Origin: Amphiscolops sp. MND2022
Taxonomy: Eukaryota
NCBI GenBank assembly: GCA_964187785.1
Contig: OZ076409.1
Location: 46,502,001-46,566,000 of the forward strand
Length of the DNA stretch: 64,000 nucleotides
Direction: 5' to 3'
Every line of letters starts with the position of its first letter. Position 1 is the stretch's first letter. Position numbers and translations under genes: made by a program. Positions 28,201 through 41,239 of the stretch are shown piece after piece. The notes under the pieces are model-generated. The model was given only the letters and a program-made list of their open reading frames with translations, did not search any database and was not told the origin of the DNA.

Positions 28201-30195
28201 GGAGGGAGTACTGTTTTGGGCCCTTCAGAACCACAAAACACCCGGCAACAGAGATTTCACCAAACATGCTCCAGCATGGAGCCGAAATGTCAACTCCGCT
28301 CTTTCAAATAACCTGAGTTCACCTGAATTCGTTTCTGGAGAGGAATTTATAGAGCACTTAGCCAGACAGTAGGAAACTCTTGATCTTGTTCGTAGGAACA
28401 CGCACAAAGCACAATTGGGGCAGAAACTGAAGTTCGCCAAACACTTGGAAGCAAGACAATACCATGTGGGCTTTCTGTCATATTCTACAAATAGGTGGTA
28501 ATCGCAAACCTATATACGCTTGGCGTGGACCTCATATTGTAACGGACGTATTGGTAACGTCTCAGTTCTCGGGAAAGTCATGTGAGCGACCACCTCTTGA
28601 AAATTTTTTTACAGAAATGAAGTGAATGAATAGAAAGAAATTCTGATTAAACTGATCTTTGTCGCTCAAATGGCTGGCGACGAAACGTCAGTGCCCCTAT
28701 AAATGTAGTTATTAGTATTGGTAAAAACTAGTGTGATTTTTAGGTTAGCCTAATTGTTGTAAGTATGCTTCGGATGATTGCTCATCAAATAGAAACTTCA
28801 AGCAAGTAGTGTTTTCCTCACGAGACACAACCCTAACGGTTCAAGTACCTGCAAGATGACATCGCTCGCACAACTTTTGATGTCACACATTCAAGTACCT
28901 GCCTGAGCGATGCAGCACACTTTTCTTAAAACCGCATATTTTGTTAACTGACTGGTACCTGTTGCGGAGCTGTAAATAACCGATGCTGAACCACTTCTAC
29001 CATCAATTTTTCTTGTGAATACATACACCAAGTCTTATTATACCAAAATAATCTCAATTCAGTTCTTCATTCCTACCCAGCATTGAATAAGGTATGACTG
29101 GTGTAAAAACGTAGAGGAGTTTTTTGTCAGTTTTTCGAAACAGTGAAAGACTAAGCATTGTTTACTAAAGTTTTCTTGCAGTCTGTTTCTGCTAAAAAAT
29201 TAATCTGGCAGGTTTTGAGGTTTCGGCCGAAATTATAAATGCAGTTCAAGCGGAATTAGCGCCATCGTAATCGCAGACAACCAAAGAGCAGAAGACTTCC
29301 TACTGGGTAACGTTCGTACAAACGTACAACGTTCTCGTAGAATTGACTGCAGTGCCATGAGAGTCATCATAAGAGACCTAAGAACACAAAGGTTCTCGAA
29401 CGAATTGCACGGTGTCAAGTAGCAGGAAGCATCCATTGTGGTTTCGTCTCAGGAAGCAATCTTAGGAGATTTTCGTGCATACAACGATACGGGACCAAAA
29501 AAACACAAAGAGTTCCACTTCCGCAACGTGATGATGCATCCTTACGGCGCACGAATTGACTCCCATTTAATTTAGAAGACACGCTAACATTAGTCGGAGA
29601 GGTGGGAGTAGTGTTCTTGGCCCTTCAGAACCAAATTTAAAGTGACAGGGTACAAGTTAAAACACAAACAGTGAAAGATTAAGCAATGTTTACTAAATTT
29701 TTCTTGCAGTCTGTTTCTTCTAAAAAATTAATCTGGCAGGTTTTGAGGTTTCGGCCGAAATTATAAATGCAATGCAGGCGGATATAGCGTCATCGTAATC
29801 GGCGACAACCAAGGAGCAGAAGATTTCCTACTGGGTAATGTTTGTACAAACGTACAACGTTCTCGTGGACTTTACAGCACTGCCATGAGAGTCACCATTG
29901 GAGACCTAAAAACACAAAGGTTCTTCAACGCGGTGCACGGGGTCAAGCGACAGGAAGCATCTCTTGTGGTTTCGTCTGAGGAAGAAGTTTTACATTCTCT
30001 CGTGCATACAACGATACGGGACAAAAAAGAAAAGAAGTTCCACTTCCGCAACGTGATGATGCATCCTTACGGCGCACAAATTGACTCCCCGTTTGTTTTA
30101 GAAGACACACTAACATCAGTCGGAGAGGAGGGAGTACTGTTTTTGGCCCTTCAGAACCAAGTTTGAAGTGACAGGGTACAAGTGAAAACACCAAC
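25300..30195 (+). repeat. ~1926 bp tandem duplication (about 2.5 copies), each with two ~490 bp protease-region subrepeats plus the element's 3' segment
   Basis: Near-identical ORFs are offset by 1926-1927 bp (25380/27307/29233; 26299/28225). Segment 26308-27215 recurs at 28234-29140 and 33119-34030. Confidence 0.92.
26778..26901 (+). repeat. Old diverged copy of the 145 bp Gypsy LTR (also ~28703-28826 and ~33589-33712)
   Basis: gcctaattgttgtaagtatgcttcggatgattgctcatcaaatagaaacttcatgcaagtagtgttttcctcacgagaca aligns with the reverse complement of 44131-44275. Confidence 0.75.
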
Positions 30196-33100
30196 AGTGA
30201 AAGGTAAAGCGGTGCTTACTAAATATTTGTAGCAATATGTTTCCTAAAAAAACAATCTGGCAGGTACTGAGATTTCGGCCGAAAACATAAATACAGTGTG
30301 ACCGGAAGTAGATCTAGAAACAATTTCTGAATCAAGTTGCCTTTTCTAAAAACTTCTTTTGAGTAAAGAAGTGTCAGAAGAAGGTTGGTCGGCAAAAGAG
30401 GTACAGATACTCATTTGCGGAAAACATTTCCAGGACCCGACACCTCATCACTCTCTTTTGGGGGTAGGAAACGACTGAAAACTAGCGAGCTTTTTGAGTG
30501 AATACGAAGACTTGTCCTTAAAAAACAAATCCGGAAAAGGGCTATTCAAAGTAGTGAACCACAGGATAGAATGGAACCAGAGGCTGTACAACACCGCGAA
30601 AGAGTAGGACGAACATTCCAAATATGGCGTTAAAAGCTGATAAGGAAGTGCCGATTTTCCTAGCTCTAGGTAGGGTACAACTTTCCTACTCGCTGTGGGC
30701 TGGTGGGATAGTCATGGTTAAGAAAAAACCGGTGAGCTTCGCTTTTGCTGTGACTTCCGAAGGCTAATGGACGTGACGCTGAACGAGGCTTTTCCGCTTT
30801 CTAGGATAGACGGAAACCCCTTTAGAATAGGAAAGGCAAAAGTATTCACTAGCCTTGCCTAAGCGTGGGCCTTCTGAAAGACACCGCTGAAGATGCGTGA
30901 TCGAAGAAAGATCTCATTCGCGTATGAGCTAGGCTTGTTCGAACGGCGACACATGCCTTTCGAGCTTTCCAATGCATTAGTCGTTTTCTAGAGGTTAATC
31001 ACTTCAGCACTACAAAGCATTCAACAGCGACATGAAAGTGACGTGATGGCGGCGTAGATCGATAAAGTAATCATTGCACCCAGACGGTTGAGAATCATCG
31101 AATAAGCATGAGCGACATTTCCGAGTGTCGCAGAGAGGCAGGTTTCAAGCTTCGTGCCCAGAAAAGCATTTTTGTGCGCACTGTAACCAAGTACCGAGGA
31201 CAAGTATTTTCGACAGAAAGCACAAGCCTGACGCAGAAGCAGTTAGAAAAATCCTTTAATTGCACCTTGGCGTCATGAAAAAAAAACTCGGTAGTAGTTT
31301 GCAATATTTCCTCGTGTTCGGTATCTGCTCCTGCGACTACCGATACTTTATCTCTTTTCATGCCGCCAAGGTGAATACAATGCAAGAGCTGCAATGAAAA
31401 ACCAACTTTTCTACTGCATAGAAAAACACCAAGGCTCATTTGATTCAGAGTAACAAGAGTAATCTTATGCCACAGCGTTAACAGCGCCAAACGAGTAAGG
31501 ACCTTTTGTGTTACACATAGATGCTAGTGCAGTCGCAGAAGCTGGAAATCTGCATTGAAATACAATGGAAAATCTATTTTGCGACCTAACGTTTACGAGA
31601 GCAAATCTGCAACGCAAACACAACTGAACTACGGTGCCTCGAAACTAGAATTCACTGCGTCTTGTATTTGCGTCTTCTAAAAGTCTTCCACTTCATCAAA
31701 AAACTTCCCTCATACCTTGCAGGTCAAGAACTCACGCTTCGAATAGCACATCTCAAACAGTACCACTTCACGGCAATTCACAGACCCCGCGCTTAACATC
31801 AAAACGCAGACGGCCTTAGTAAGAAGACGAACGATTACCCGCTCCGAGAAAAGATCATTGAGCAAGGGATTCAGTTTCATGTACCAGAACGAAAACAAAA
31901 ACCTCTCAATCGTACCGTACACAGATAAACATGGGAGGTTGATACCAGATCATCCCGAACTTCCGATTACCAGTGCTGTATATTCGAGAGCAACTGCCAG
32001 TGCTTTACATTGTGCGAGAGAAACCATACAAGATCCGACACCAGCTCAGCTTTTGGATACTACGCCGTGGTTCCCGGAAGACAAATGGGGAACAACCCCA
32101 ACAACAGGTGAGTACAATAGGCCAAATTGCATCCTGACAACAAAGGTGCGACCGGCAAGTGTAGACTCAACCAAACGCAATCTAAAGCTACGTAGATTGC
32201 CCAGAACAAGCTGACGTTCTTACGCTTGTAAGCACCCAGCTACAAGACTATCAATCGACCATGCGCGGCCTGAAAGACCTACAGGTACTTCAAAACAGAG
32301 ACGTACAATATCTAGCATGCAAAAAGCTGAGGAGCAAGACACCACTGAGTGACGCCTTGTTTCTTCAGGACGTGCAAGACTTTGCAAAATGGTACTACAA
32401 CCAGCAGAAAGAACTACTCTTTTTGAACCCAGATGACTTTCTGTGCGTCAACTACGTCTCTCAAACCGAGCATTGCACGTGAGACCGTGGATGATTGTTA
32501 TGCCACAGTTACACCAACATGAGATCTCGTACAGTGGCATAATGAGTCCGGATATCAGGGATTAGGAAAAGTGTTACCAAGCATACACGAGAAGCACGAG
32601 AAGAAGTAGTAGTGCATCAAGTGAACCGTAGTTAATCACATCTAACAACGTTTAACATGTCAATAAACAAAGTATCCCTCTGGGAACGGCCGCAGAGCAT
32701 CAACTGCAGCATCTTCAACAGATTAGTACAGTTTGATTACTCAGAGTTTTGAAAAATCATGTCAGGGAACTAAGAATGGCTAGCCATAATCGATCACTTC
32801 ATGTTTACAGAAACAATTTCGTGTGCTCATAAGGAATAGGGCGTCCAGGCAATATCTAAGATAATTCTGAACAATTAGTTTGCCAGGAAGGGCACTCCCC
32901 CTAGAATGCAGTTAGTCAATGCAACCAACTTCACAGCAGAAATTGCACAAAAACTCGTGAAAGCTTCACAAGTCACTAAAGTAACAGGTCACACAAGATG
33001 TATTGGCCTAGTAAAACAACAAAACCGGCCATTACTCACACTGGTTAAAGTTAACCCCCCTCGCAGGATGCACGATTCGGACGATCATGATGACGGAGTC

Positions 33101-34124
33101 TTGGTGTACACAATTCCACAAAACACCCGGCAACAGAGATTTCACCAAACATGCTCCAGCATGGAGCCGAAATGTCAACTCCGCTCTTTCAAATAACCTG
33201 AGTTCACCTGAATTCGTTTCTGGAGAGGAATTTATAGAGCACTTAGCCAGACAGTAGGAAACTCATGATCTTGTTCGTAGGAACACGCACAAAGCACAAT
33301 TGGGGCAGAAACTGAAGTTCGGCAAACACTCGGAAGCAAGACAATACCATGTGGGCTTTCTGTCATATTCTACAAATAGGTGGTAATCGCAAACCTATAT
33401 ACGCTTGGCGTGGACCTCACATTGTAACGGACGTATTGGTAACGTCCTAGTTCTCGGGAACGTCATGTGAGCGACCACCTCTTGAAAATTTTTTTACAGA
33501 AATGAAGTGAATGAATAGAAAGAAATTCTGATTAAACTGATCTTTGTCGCTCAAATAGCTGGCGACGAAACGTCAGTGCCCCTATAAATGTAGTTATTAG
33601 TATTGGTAAAAACTAGTGTGATTTTTAGGTTAGCCTAATTGTTGTAAGTATGCTTCGGATGATTGCTCATCAAATAGAAACTTCATGCAAGTAGTGTTTT
33701 CCTCACGAGACACAACCCTAACGGTTCAAGTACCTGCAAGATGACATCACTCGCACAACTTTTGATGTCACACATTCAAGTACCTGCCTGAGCGATGCAG
33801 CACACTTTTCTTAAAACCGCATATTTTGTTAACTGACAGGTACCTGTTGCGGAGCTGTAAATTACCGATGCTGAACCACTTCTACCATCAATTTTTCTTG
33901 TGAATACATACACCAAGTCTTATTATACCTAAATAATCTCAATTCAGTTCTTCATTCCTACCCAGCATTGAACTGAGTGTAAGTTATGACTGGTGTAAAA
34001 ACGTAGAGGAGTTTTTTGTCAGTTTTTTGAAAATGAATAAGTCAATTGAACGAACAAAAGCGTTAGGTTTCAATAAATGCATGTAGGATACCATGAGCCT
34101 CCACTTCAGCTGAATGTTTTTGAC

Positions 34125-34324
34125 NNNNNNNNNNNNNNNNNNNNNNNNNNNNNNNNNNNNNNNNNNNNNNNNNNNNNNNNNNNNNNNNNNNNNNNNNNNN
34201 NNNNNNNNNNNNNNNNNNNNNNNNNNNNNNNNNNNNNNNNNNNNNNNNNNNNNNNNNNNNNNNNNNNNNNNNNNNNNNNNNNNNNNNNNNNNNNNNNNNN
34301 NNNNNNNNNNNNNNNNNNNNNNNN
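34125..34324. other. Assembly gap (200 N)
   Basis: Run of N. Confidence 1.
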
Positions 34325-35424
<1,100 letters not shown>

Positions 35425-36601
35425 TGGCTGTTTGGCGCTTTGCCGCCTAGCATAGCGCCAGATTAGCGAATCGCCAGCACTTTTGAAAATTAAGGGGGCA
35501 AATCGCCAACATGTCAACTTAGCATGACTAAATGGTTTCATTCAGCTTAAATTAACTGCAAAACACGTTTAAACAAAATTTCGAATTGAATTTCACCGAA
35601 AATGATGATTTTCCAGATTTTTCTGTAAACTGGCGAATTCTCATAGCATACCGCCAGTTGCGATTGACCTTCTAATCTGCGCCAGTTGCGAAATCATTTT
35701 CGATCAGTATTCTGTTTAATTGGGTCGACCATTGTTTTTCAGCGGTTTTCTGTGGACTTTGTAAAACGGAATAGTTTTATTTTGTCCTTTAACCACTCGG
35801 ATCAGAAGAAATAACGTTCACAAAACCCACGTTGAAAGCCACACATTGATTTTTCTCATATCCAAAAACGCAAAACCCTCTCCATTGAAAATTGAAAAAA
35901 GAATCACCTTTTTCTCGGAACCATTCTCGAGGATTATGGAACGGATGTTTTCTTATTCCCTATCAATGGCAAACATTCACCTGGAAAATTTATATACTCA
36001 TTGATAAAAATAGTATTCGTATTTATTCTTATTATATCATTATAAAATCTGAACATTATATCATTATCAAACTCAAAGCCATCCATGAAGTTACTAATGA
36101 TACCTCTTAATCTTTTGAAGTTATCATAGTTTTGTGAGAAGGAAAAAGCAATGTGTGGCAAAGAAGCTTTTCAATCAATTATGAGATGTGTTTTTCTATT
36201 GGGAAAATGAATTCAGTCCTGAAGTTATTACGTTTAAATTTTAGGTGAGCTCGATCCTCAGAAGTTTGGATGCCATTTGATTAGACGGTTTTGCTGCTAT
36301 CATAAGCACGTTTTCTAACATGAGCGTAATCGGTTTTGAGTTTTTCACCAACCCGAACGTTAGAGACGCACTCATCGTATGTCTCAACTCGTGATGAAAA
36401 CTAGGGAAATGCGAGCATTGCAGATTTCCTTTTGGAACAGAAGAAGCGGAGACAAGTGTCAGAGACTCAAAGAAAACACGGTGAACTTCCAGTGACTGTT
36501 GGAAACATTAACTGGAGTTCAATATTGATCGAGAGACGTAGTGAAAGTGTTCAAGTTTTGATGGATACACTGAACAAGTTTTGCATTTTTTCAGAGTGAA
36601 T

Positions 36602-37195
36602 ATGCGACCGCGAAGAGTCAAAGGTGTTGAAGTGGACCCTTTTAGTTTCGTCGATAAAGATCCAGATTTATTCGAAGTTCGCGATGTTCCTCATGCCGGT
36701 AGAGGACTCTTTGTGAAGCGAGAATTCCACAAGGAGGAGTTTCTTTTAAATTACAGAGGGACCGTAAAGATTGTTGCTTCTGACAACCCCTATGCATTTG
36801 AGACAGGACCGCCAGAAAATTTAGTTGTTGATTCCTCAGAAGATCAAACATGTTTAGCCAGGTTTATCAATGACGTTGATCCATACCATACCAGGAATTG
36901 TGAAGCTCGCAAGACTTATAGCAATGATGGTAAATGGACTATTGCCTTCTTTACGACCACCTCCATCTCGGAGGGCACGGAATTAAGATACAGCTACGGA
37001 ACAAAAGTTGCACCTTGGAGGCAAACGTCATTCTGGACGAAGAAAGCGGGACTTGCTGTGCAAGTTCCTAAGCAGAGAAAGACCACCAAGAGGAAAGTCA
37101 GTGAAGCCCCCCAAAAAAAGTTGGGAAGTCTGTCACTAATGATGAAGCAGAGGGAAGTCGTTGTTTGGAAGTTGTGGCGCCCAACAGAGAGTTAG
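36602..37195 (+). CDS. SET-domain lysine methyltransferase (PR-Set7/SET8-like); probably the N-terminal part of a SET-YR fusion
   Basis: GRGLFVKREF..EEFLLNYRG, VVDS..CLARFIND, NC, IAFF..I..GTELRYSYG. First ATG is at 36602. Confidence 0.9.
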   Translation: MRPRRVKGVEVDPFSFVDKDPDLFEVRDVPHAGRGLFVKREFHKEEFLLNYRGTVKIVASDNPYAFETGPPENLVVDSSEDQTCLARFINDVDPYHTRNCEARKTYSNDGKWTIAFFTTTSISEGTELRYSYGTKVAPWRQTSFWTKKAGLAVQVPKQRKTTKRKVSEAPQKKLGSLSLMMKQREVVVWKLWRPTES

Positions 37196-40100
37196 GGGAG
37201 GGAGTTAAAGTTGTGGGCGGAAGATTACAAGGTGATTCAACTTCGAAGTTGGCTGCTCTTGAGGTGAGTCGAGATTCCACTGGGCCGGAGATGATGAGCG
37301 AATTGGAAGGTGCGTTCCAGTCATTCGTAAACAGCGATAACACACAACTTGCCCTTCAGTTGAATTCGTTTCTGGAAGGAAATAATACGCAAGGTGAACT
37401 TGAAGAACTTTCTAATGTTAGCGATTGTTTGCAAACTGATACTGGAAGGTTGGAAGTTGGAGAACGTTTGAAGACTACTACTGTCGAGAAGGAACGTGTG
37501 AAACCTTGTCTGGAAGTTGGAGAACGTTTAAAGACTACTGTCGGGAAGGAACGTGTGAAACCTTGTTTGGAAGTTGGAGAACGTTTGAAAACTACTACTG
37601 TCGAGAAGGAACGTGTGAAACCTTGTCTGGAAGTTGAAGAACGTTTGAAGACTGCTACTGTCGAGAAGGAACGTGTGAAACCTTGTCTGGAAGTTGGAGA
37701 ACGTTTGAAGACTACTGTCGAGAAGGAACGTGTGAAACCTTGTCTGGAAGTTGGAGAACGTTTGAAGACTACTACTGTCGAGAAGGAACGTGTGAAACCT
37801 TGTCTGGAAGTTGGAGCACGTTTGAAGACTACTGTCGAGAAGGAACGTGTGAAACCTTGTCTGGAAGTTGGAGAACGTTTGAAGACTGCTACTGTCGAGA
37901 AGGAACGTGTGAAACCTTGTCTGGAAGTTGGAGATCGTTTGGAAACTACTACTGTTGGAGGACTTATCGAAACTGCTACGTGTGATTTGGAAGTTGAAAG
38001 TCGTTGTTTGGAAGTTGGCGAACGTTTGGAGACTGCTACTGTTGCGAATGTACTCGTAAATCCTTGTTTGAAAGTTGGAGATCGTTTGGAAACTACTACT
38101 GTTGGAGAACTTATCGAAACTGCTACGTGTGATTTGGAAGTTGAAAGTCGTTGTTTGGAAGTTGGCGAACGTTTGGAGACTGCTACTGTCGAGAATGAAC
38201 TTGTAAACCCAGTTGGGAGTATTCAGAGTTTGGAAGTTGGAGCTCAAGAAGAAGTTGTTTCTCAAGAATTAGCCGCCGAGACACATATGGGTTTGGATCC
38301 AAATGCAAGCATTGAATGGAACATGCAGGGAACTTCCCATCCGCAATATGATGAAAAGGATGATACGAGTGACACCGACTCAAGTGATAGTGATAGTGAC
38401 ACAGAGAGTGAGACTGAAGAACCGAAACTGCGTCCCTTAAAAAGCTACCGGAGCAAACGCCCTTCAGTGGAAAAGTGTCTTCTTTGCGCAAAGGAAGTGC
38501 ATAAAATGAGGGATCATCTCACTAATCTACATAAACTCCCGCAGACTGACCCTATCCGTAAATTTCTTTTATCTTACTACAGCACTATCAAAACTGATAG
38601 GTGCTTTCAGTGCAATGTGTGCAATGTGAGGATGGGTGACAAGCACAGGCACCCAAAAGAACATAATGTGGAAAGAATTGGAGACCGCGAGGACATGAGT
38701 TTGTTTTCTCATAGCATTGTTCTCGCAATTAAGAATTTTCAAAGTGGCCTGCACTTACCAAATTCTCAGTTTGTTGAGGCGTGGATTACTCATCAAAAAG
38801 GATTGTTCTCTGATGGAGATGTTTCAGGACAATGGGACATACCCTCAACTCAAAAAGCTTTTTTGTGTAAAGCAATTCAGGCAACTGCTGGTTTCACAGA
38901 CACATTAGCTTTCGCTGTCTTTGTGAGAGAATATTTCGAAGAAAAACATCTTACTCAAATTACTGTGGTCAATTACATTTGTAGTTTGGAAAAGTTGATC
39001 AAGTATGCCAAGGCGTATAAACCATCCCAGTTTCCTGGACTTGCCGAAGTCGACTGGCTCGTCATATCTAGAGACGTTAAAGCACGTTATCAGAAGGGTT
39101 CGTTGAAAGAAAAACGACGAACGCGCCAGAAGTTATTCGAAAAAGTTCCTGACATGAATCATCTAGCTACAGTGTACTCGAAAATGACTGAATTGTGCAA
39201 TGAAGATGTTTCAAAGAAGTTTCTTAGCTTGGATGAACTCAAGTGTTTCAATTTCATCATTTTATGCTCGAATCTAAACGGTCGTCTTGGTCCAATTAAC
39301 GACTTGACATGGTCTCTTGTGAAAAAGATTAAGAAAGAGGGTCAATTTGATTGTGACAACCACAAAACCGGTCACTACTACGATATTAAACTGAAAATTC
39401 ACAAAGACCAATTTCCTTGGTTAAAAAGACTGAAGGAAGAGTTCAAAAAGAAACACGGTTACGTCGGTGACAGAGTTTTTGGCACCCAGAAGGATAAGAA
39501 AGATCATTCCCTGGCCAACATCGTCAGGAAAGTGATGGCTCAGCACTTTGACAACGAAATTCTCGAGAAGAATTTTAATGGGAATTCGATCCGTAAAACC
39601 TGGGAGACTTATGTGTTTTATAATAAACATAAATTGAGTCAAGAAGAACTAGCATTCCACCAGACACAGAGTGCTCATAGGAAACAGACAGCCGAAGCGC
39701 ATTATGTGAAGCACAGCTCTGAAGTCAGCGACTTCTATCATGACACGATAAAACGTGCCGTTCAAAAATTGAACAGCAGTACTCCTTCAGGATCCAAACT
39801 TTCCTCTTACAGTGAATCTTCGGATATCAATCTTCATTCTGGCACTTCTGTTCAGAAACGACAGAAGACAGTGAAATGGGTTGCTCCCGATGTCCAAAAG
39901 CAATCAACGTTATCAACGGCGAGTCATGACGCTGAACTCACCACTCCCGTCCAAAAACGACGAAGTTACATTGTTACACCAGAAATAAGTTCTACTCCCA
40001 TTCCAGCTGTTGAAAAGAAGAGCAAAGAGAAGACTAAGAAGCCGAAAGAGTCTGCTCCTAAGGAAGAGGTTTCTTCGGATGAGAACAGTCTTTCCTTTAG

Positions 40101-40410
40101 TGAAGAGGACTCAGATGAAGAAATGCCAGTTCCAGCTAAGAAGGCCAGAAAAAAGAACCCAACTTCTAAAGGTCAAGTCAATCGAGAAGCTTTCATAAAA
40201 ACTTTGACCGTTTGGCGGAAGCGAATGCCTTCGAAAGAAGAAACGAAAGCAATGGAATTATTCAGTGGCCTTCATTACAGAATACACAAAGAAGATGCTT
40301 TGCGCAAAATAGAAGAAGCTGGAATCAAACTTTCTGAAGCCTCTAAAAGCATAGTTTATGCAAAACTTAAATGGGCGTGCAATCAACACCTTCCTTCAGC
40401 AAACAAGTAG
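37105..40410 (+). CDS. Tyrosine recombinase protein with N-terminal tandem peptide repeats, acidic tract and C2H2-like zinc fingers
   Basis: Open frame from 37105 to the stop at 40410. Catalytic pattern: R (NGRLGPI, 39283), K (HKTG, 39364), NSIRK (R 39592), QSAH (H 39676), AHY (Y 39703). Fingers CLLC..RDHLTNLH and CNVC..HRHPKEH. Confidence 0.8.
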   Translation, partial: SPPKKVGKSVTNDEAEGSRCLEVVAPNRELGEGVKVVGGRLQGDSTSKLAALEVSRDSTGPEMMSELEGAFQSFVNSDNTQLALQLNSFLEGNNTQGELEELSNVSDCLQTDTGRLEVGERLKTTTVEKERVKPCLEVGERLKTTVGKERVKPCLEVGERLKTTTVEKERVKPCLEVEERLKTATVEKERVKPCLEVGERLKTTVEKERVKPCLEVGERLKTTTVEKERVKPCLEVGARLKTTVEKERVKPCLEVGERLKTATVEKERVKPCLEVGDRLETTTVGGLIETATCDLEVESRCLEVGERLETATVANVLVNPCLKVGDRLETTTVGELIETATCDLEVESRCLEVGERLETATVENELVNPVGSIQSLEVGAQEEVVSQELAAETHMGLDPNASIEWNMQGTSHPQYDEKDDTSDTDSSDSDSDTESETEEPKLRPLKSYRSKRPSVEKCLLCAKEVHKMRDHLTNLHKLPQTDPIRKFLLSYYSTIKTDRCFQCNVCNVRMGDKHRHPKEHNVERIGDREDMSLFSHSIVLAIKNFQSGLHLPNSQFVEAWITHQKGLFSDGDVSGQWDIPSTQKAFLCKAIQATAGFTDTLAFAVFVREYFEEKHLTQITVVNYICSLEKLIKYAKAYKPSQFPGLAEVDWLVISRDVKARYQKGSLKEKRRTRQKLFEKVPDMNHLATVYSKMTELCNEDVSKKFLSLDELKCFNFIILCSNLNGRLGPINDLTWSLVKKIKKEGQFDCDNHKTGHYYDIKLKIHKDQFPWLKRLKEEFKKKHGYVGDRVFGTQKDKKDHSLANIVRKVMAQHFDNEILEKNFNGNSIRKTWETYVFYNKHKLSQEELAFHQTQSAHRKQTAEAHYVKHSSEVSDFYHDTIKRAVQKLNSSTPSGSKLSSYSESSDINLHSGTSVQKRQKTVKWVAPDVQKQSTLSTASHDAELTTPVQKRRSYIVTPEISSTPIPAVEKKSKEKTKKPKESAPKEEVSSDENSLSFSEEDSDEEMPVPAKKARKKNPTSKGQVNREAFIKTLTVWRKRMPSKEETKAMELFSGLHYRIHKEDALRKIEEAGIKLSEASKSIVYAKLKWACNQHLPSANK
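37445..38215 (+). repeat. Coding minisatellite: ~8 x 57-60 bp (CLEVGERLKTTTVEKERVKP) plus 2 x ~132 bp
   Basis: Direct in-frame tandem repeats visible in both DNA and protein. Confidence 0.95.
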
Positions 40411-41239
40411 ATTGATATGTTTGATCCAATTTCCTGCACTTTTCAATATTTTTACTAATAGCCCATACTTCTTTGCTGCAAGGAACTTGGTCCTACGCTT
40501 TTCGTGTTAATGTAACTATTTACTGTGTTACCCTGCTGTTTGAGCTTTTTTTATCACTTGTTATCATGTTAACCTTGTTACCATTTCCATTGTTACCTTG
40601 CTGTTTGAACTTTTATTACTGCATTGTTTCTCATGAATTGTTCATGAATTTTTGTTGGGTTTCTGATGAATTGTTGCTGAATTGTTGTTGAACTGTTGTT
40701 GAATTGTTGTTGTACGCCTGAAACTTCAGGCTGGAATGAAAAAAAGATACAAAAAAAAACAAAAAATACAAACACCTGAAAACTCCCCAGAGTATAAAAA
40801 GATGGAAAACGATCTTGGGGTTGGTTCCACTGTCAAAGAAATTCTCGGAACACATTTCCGTTTTTCACGAGCGAGTACTAGAGGTAGTTCATATTGCAAA
40901 ATCTAACTTCATTTTGTAGATTCATATTGATAACGATCATTGGGATGTTACATTTTCGCAAGGTCAAAATTGATTGATGTTTTTGCAGACATTGCTTTTC
41001 AACATTTTTGGATCAACTCACGCTTTTTTGTTTTTTTTTTACTCGAAAACGTAAACTCATCTCGCTTTGTTTTTTATTCAGAGTACCAATTCCAAAACGC
41101 ATCGGTTAGATTCTGAGTAGACCAAAAAAGGGCCAGTATACTTTCAGTGGAGTTCTTATAAAAATGATTTGAATTTTACTTGAAAAGAATGTGTTTCAGA
41201 TTTTACTGATGATGATTATGAGGAGAGAAGGCTCCATTT

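Larger units (their letters stand above)
19500..33500 (+). mobile_element. Decayed and internally rearranged Ty3/Gypsy element (second family)
   Basis: Zinc knuckle FCNNCGRTDYSVSEC (~21700) and FCVNCGRTDYSASEC (~22915). RT (IVMVKKK..LRFCCDF..L.DVTL..FPL.RID, LGLFERRxM.F.LSNA) at ~24150-24450 and ~30700-30990. RNase H (DASAVA, HQNADGLS) at ~24925-25235 and ~31520-31825. Integrase remnants at ~32500-33200. Confidence 0.8.

Noticed and set aside
37528..38265. 245 aa antisense ORF and the alternative-frame 100 aa ORF
   Set aside because: They are shadows of the stop-free coding minisatellite.
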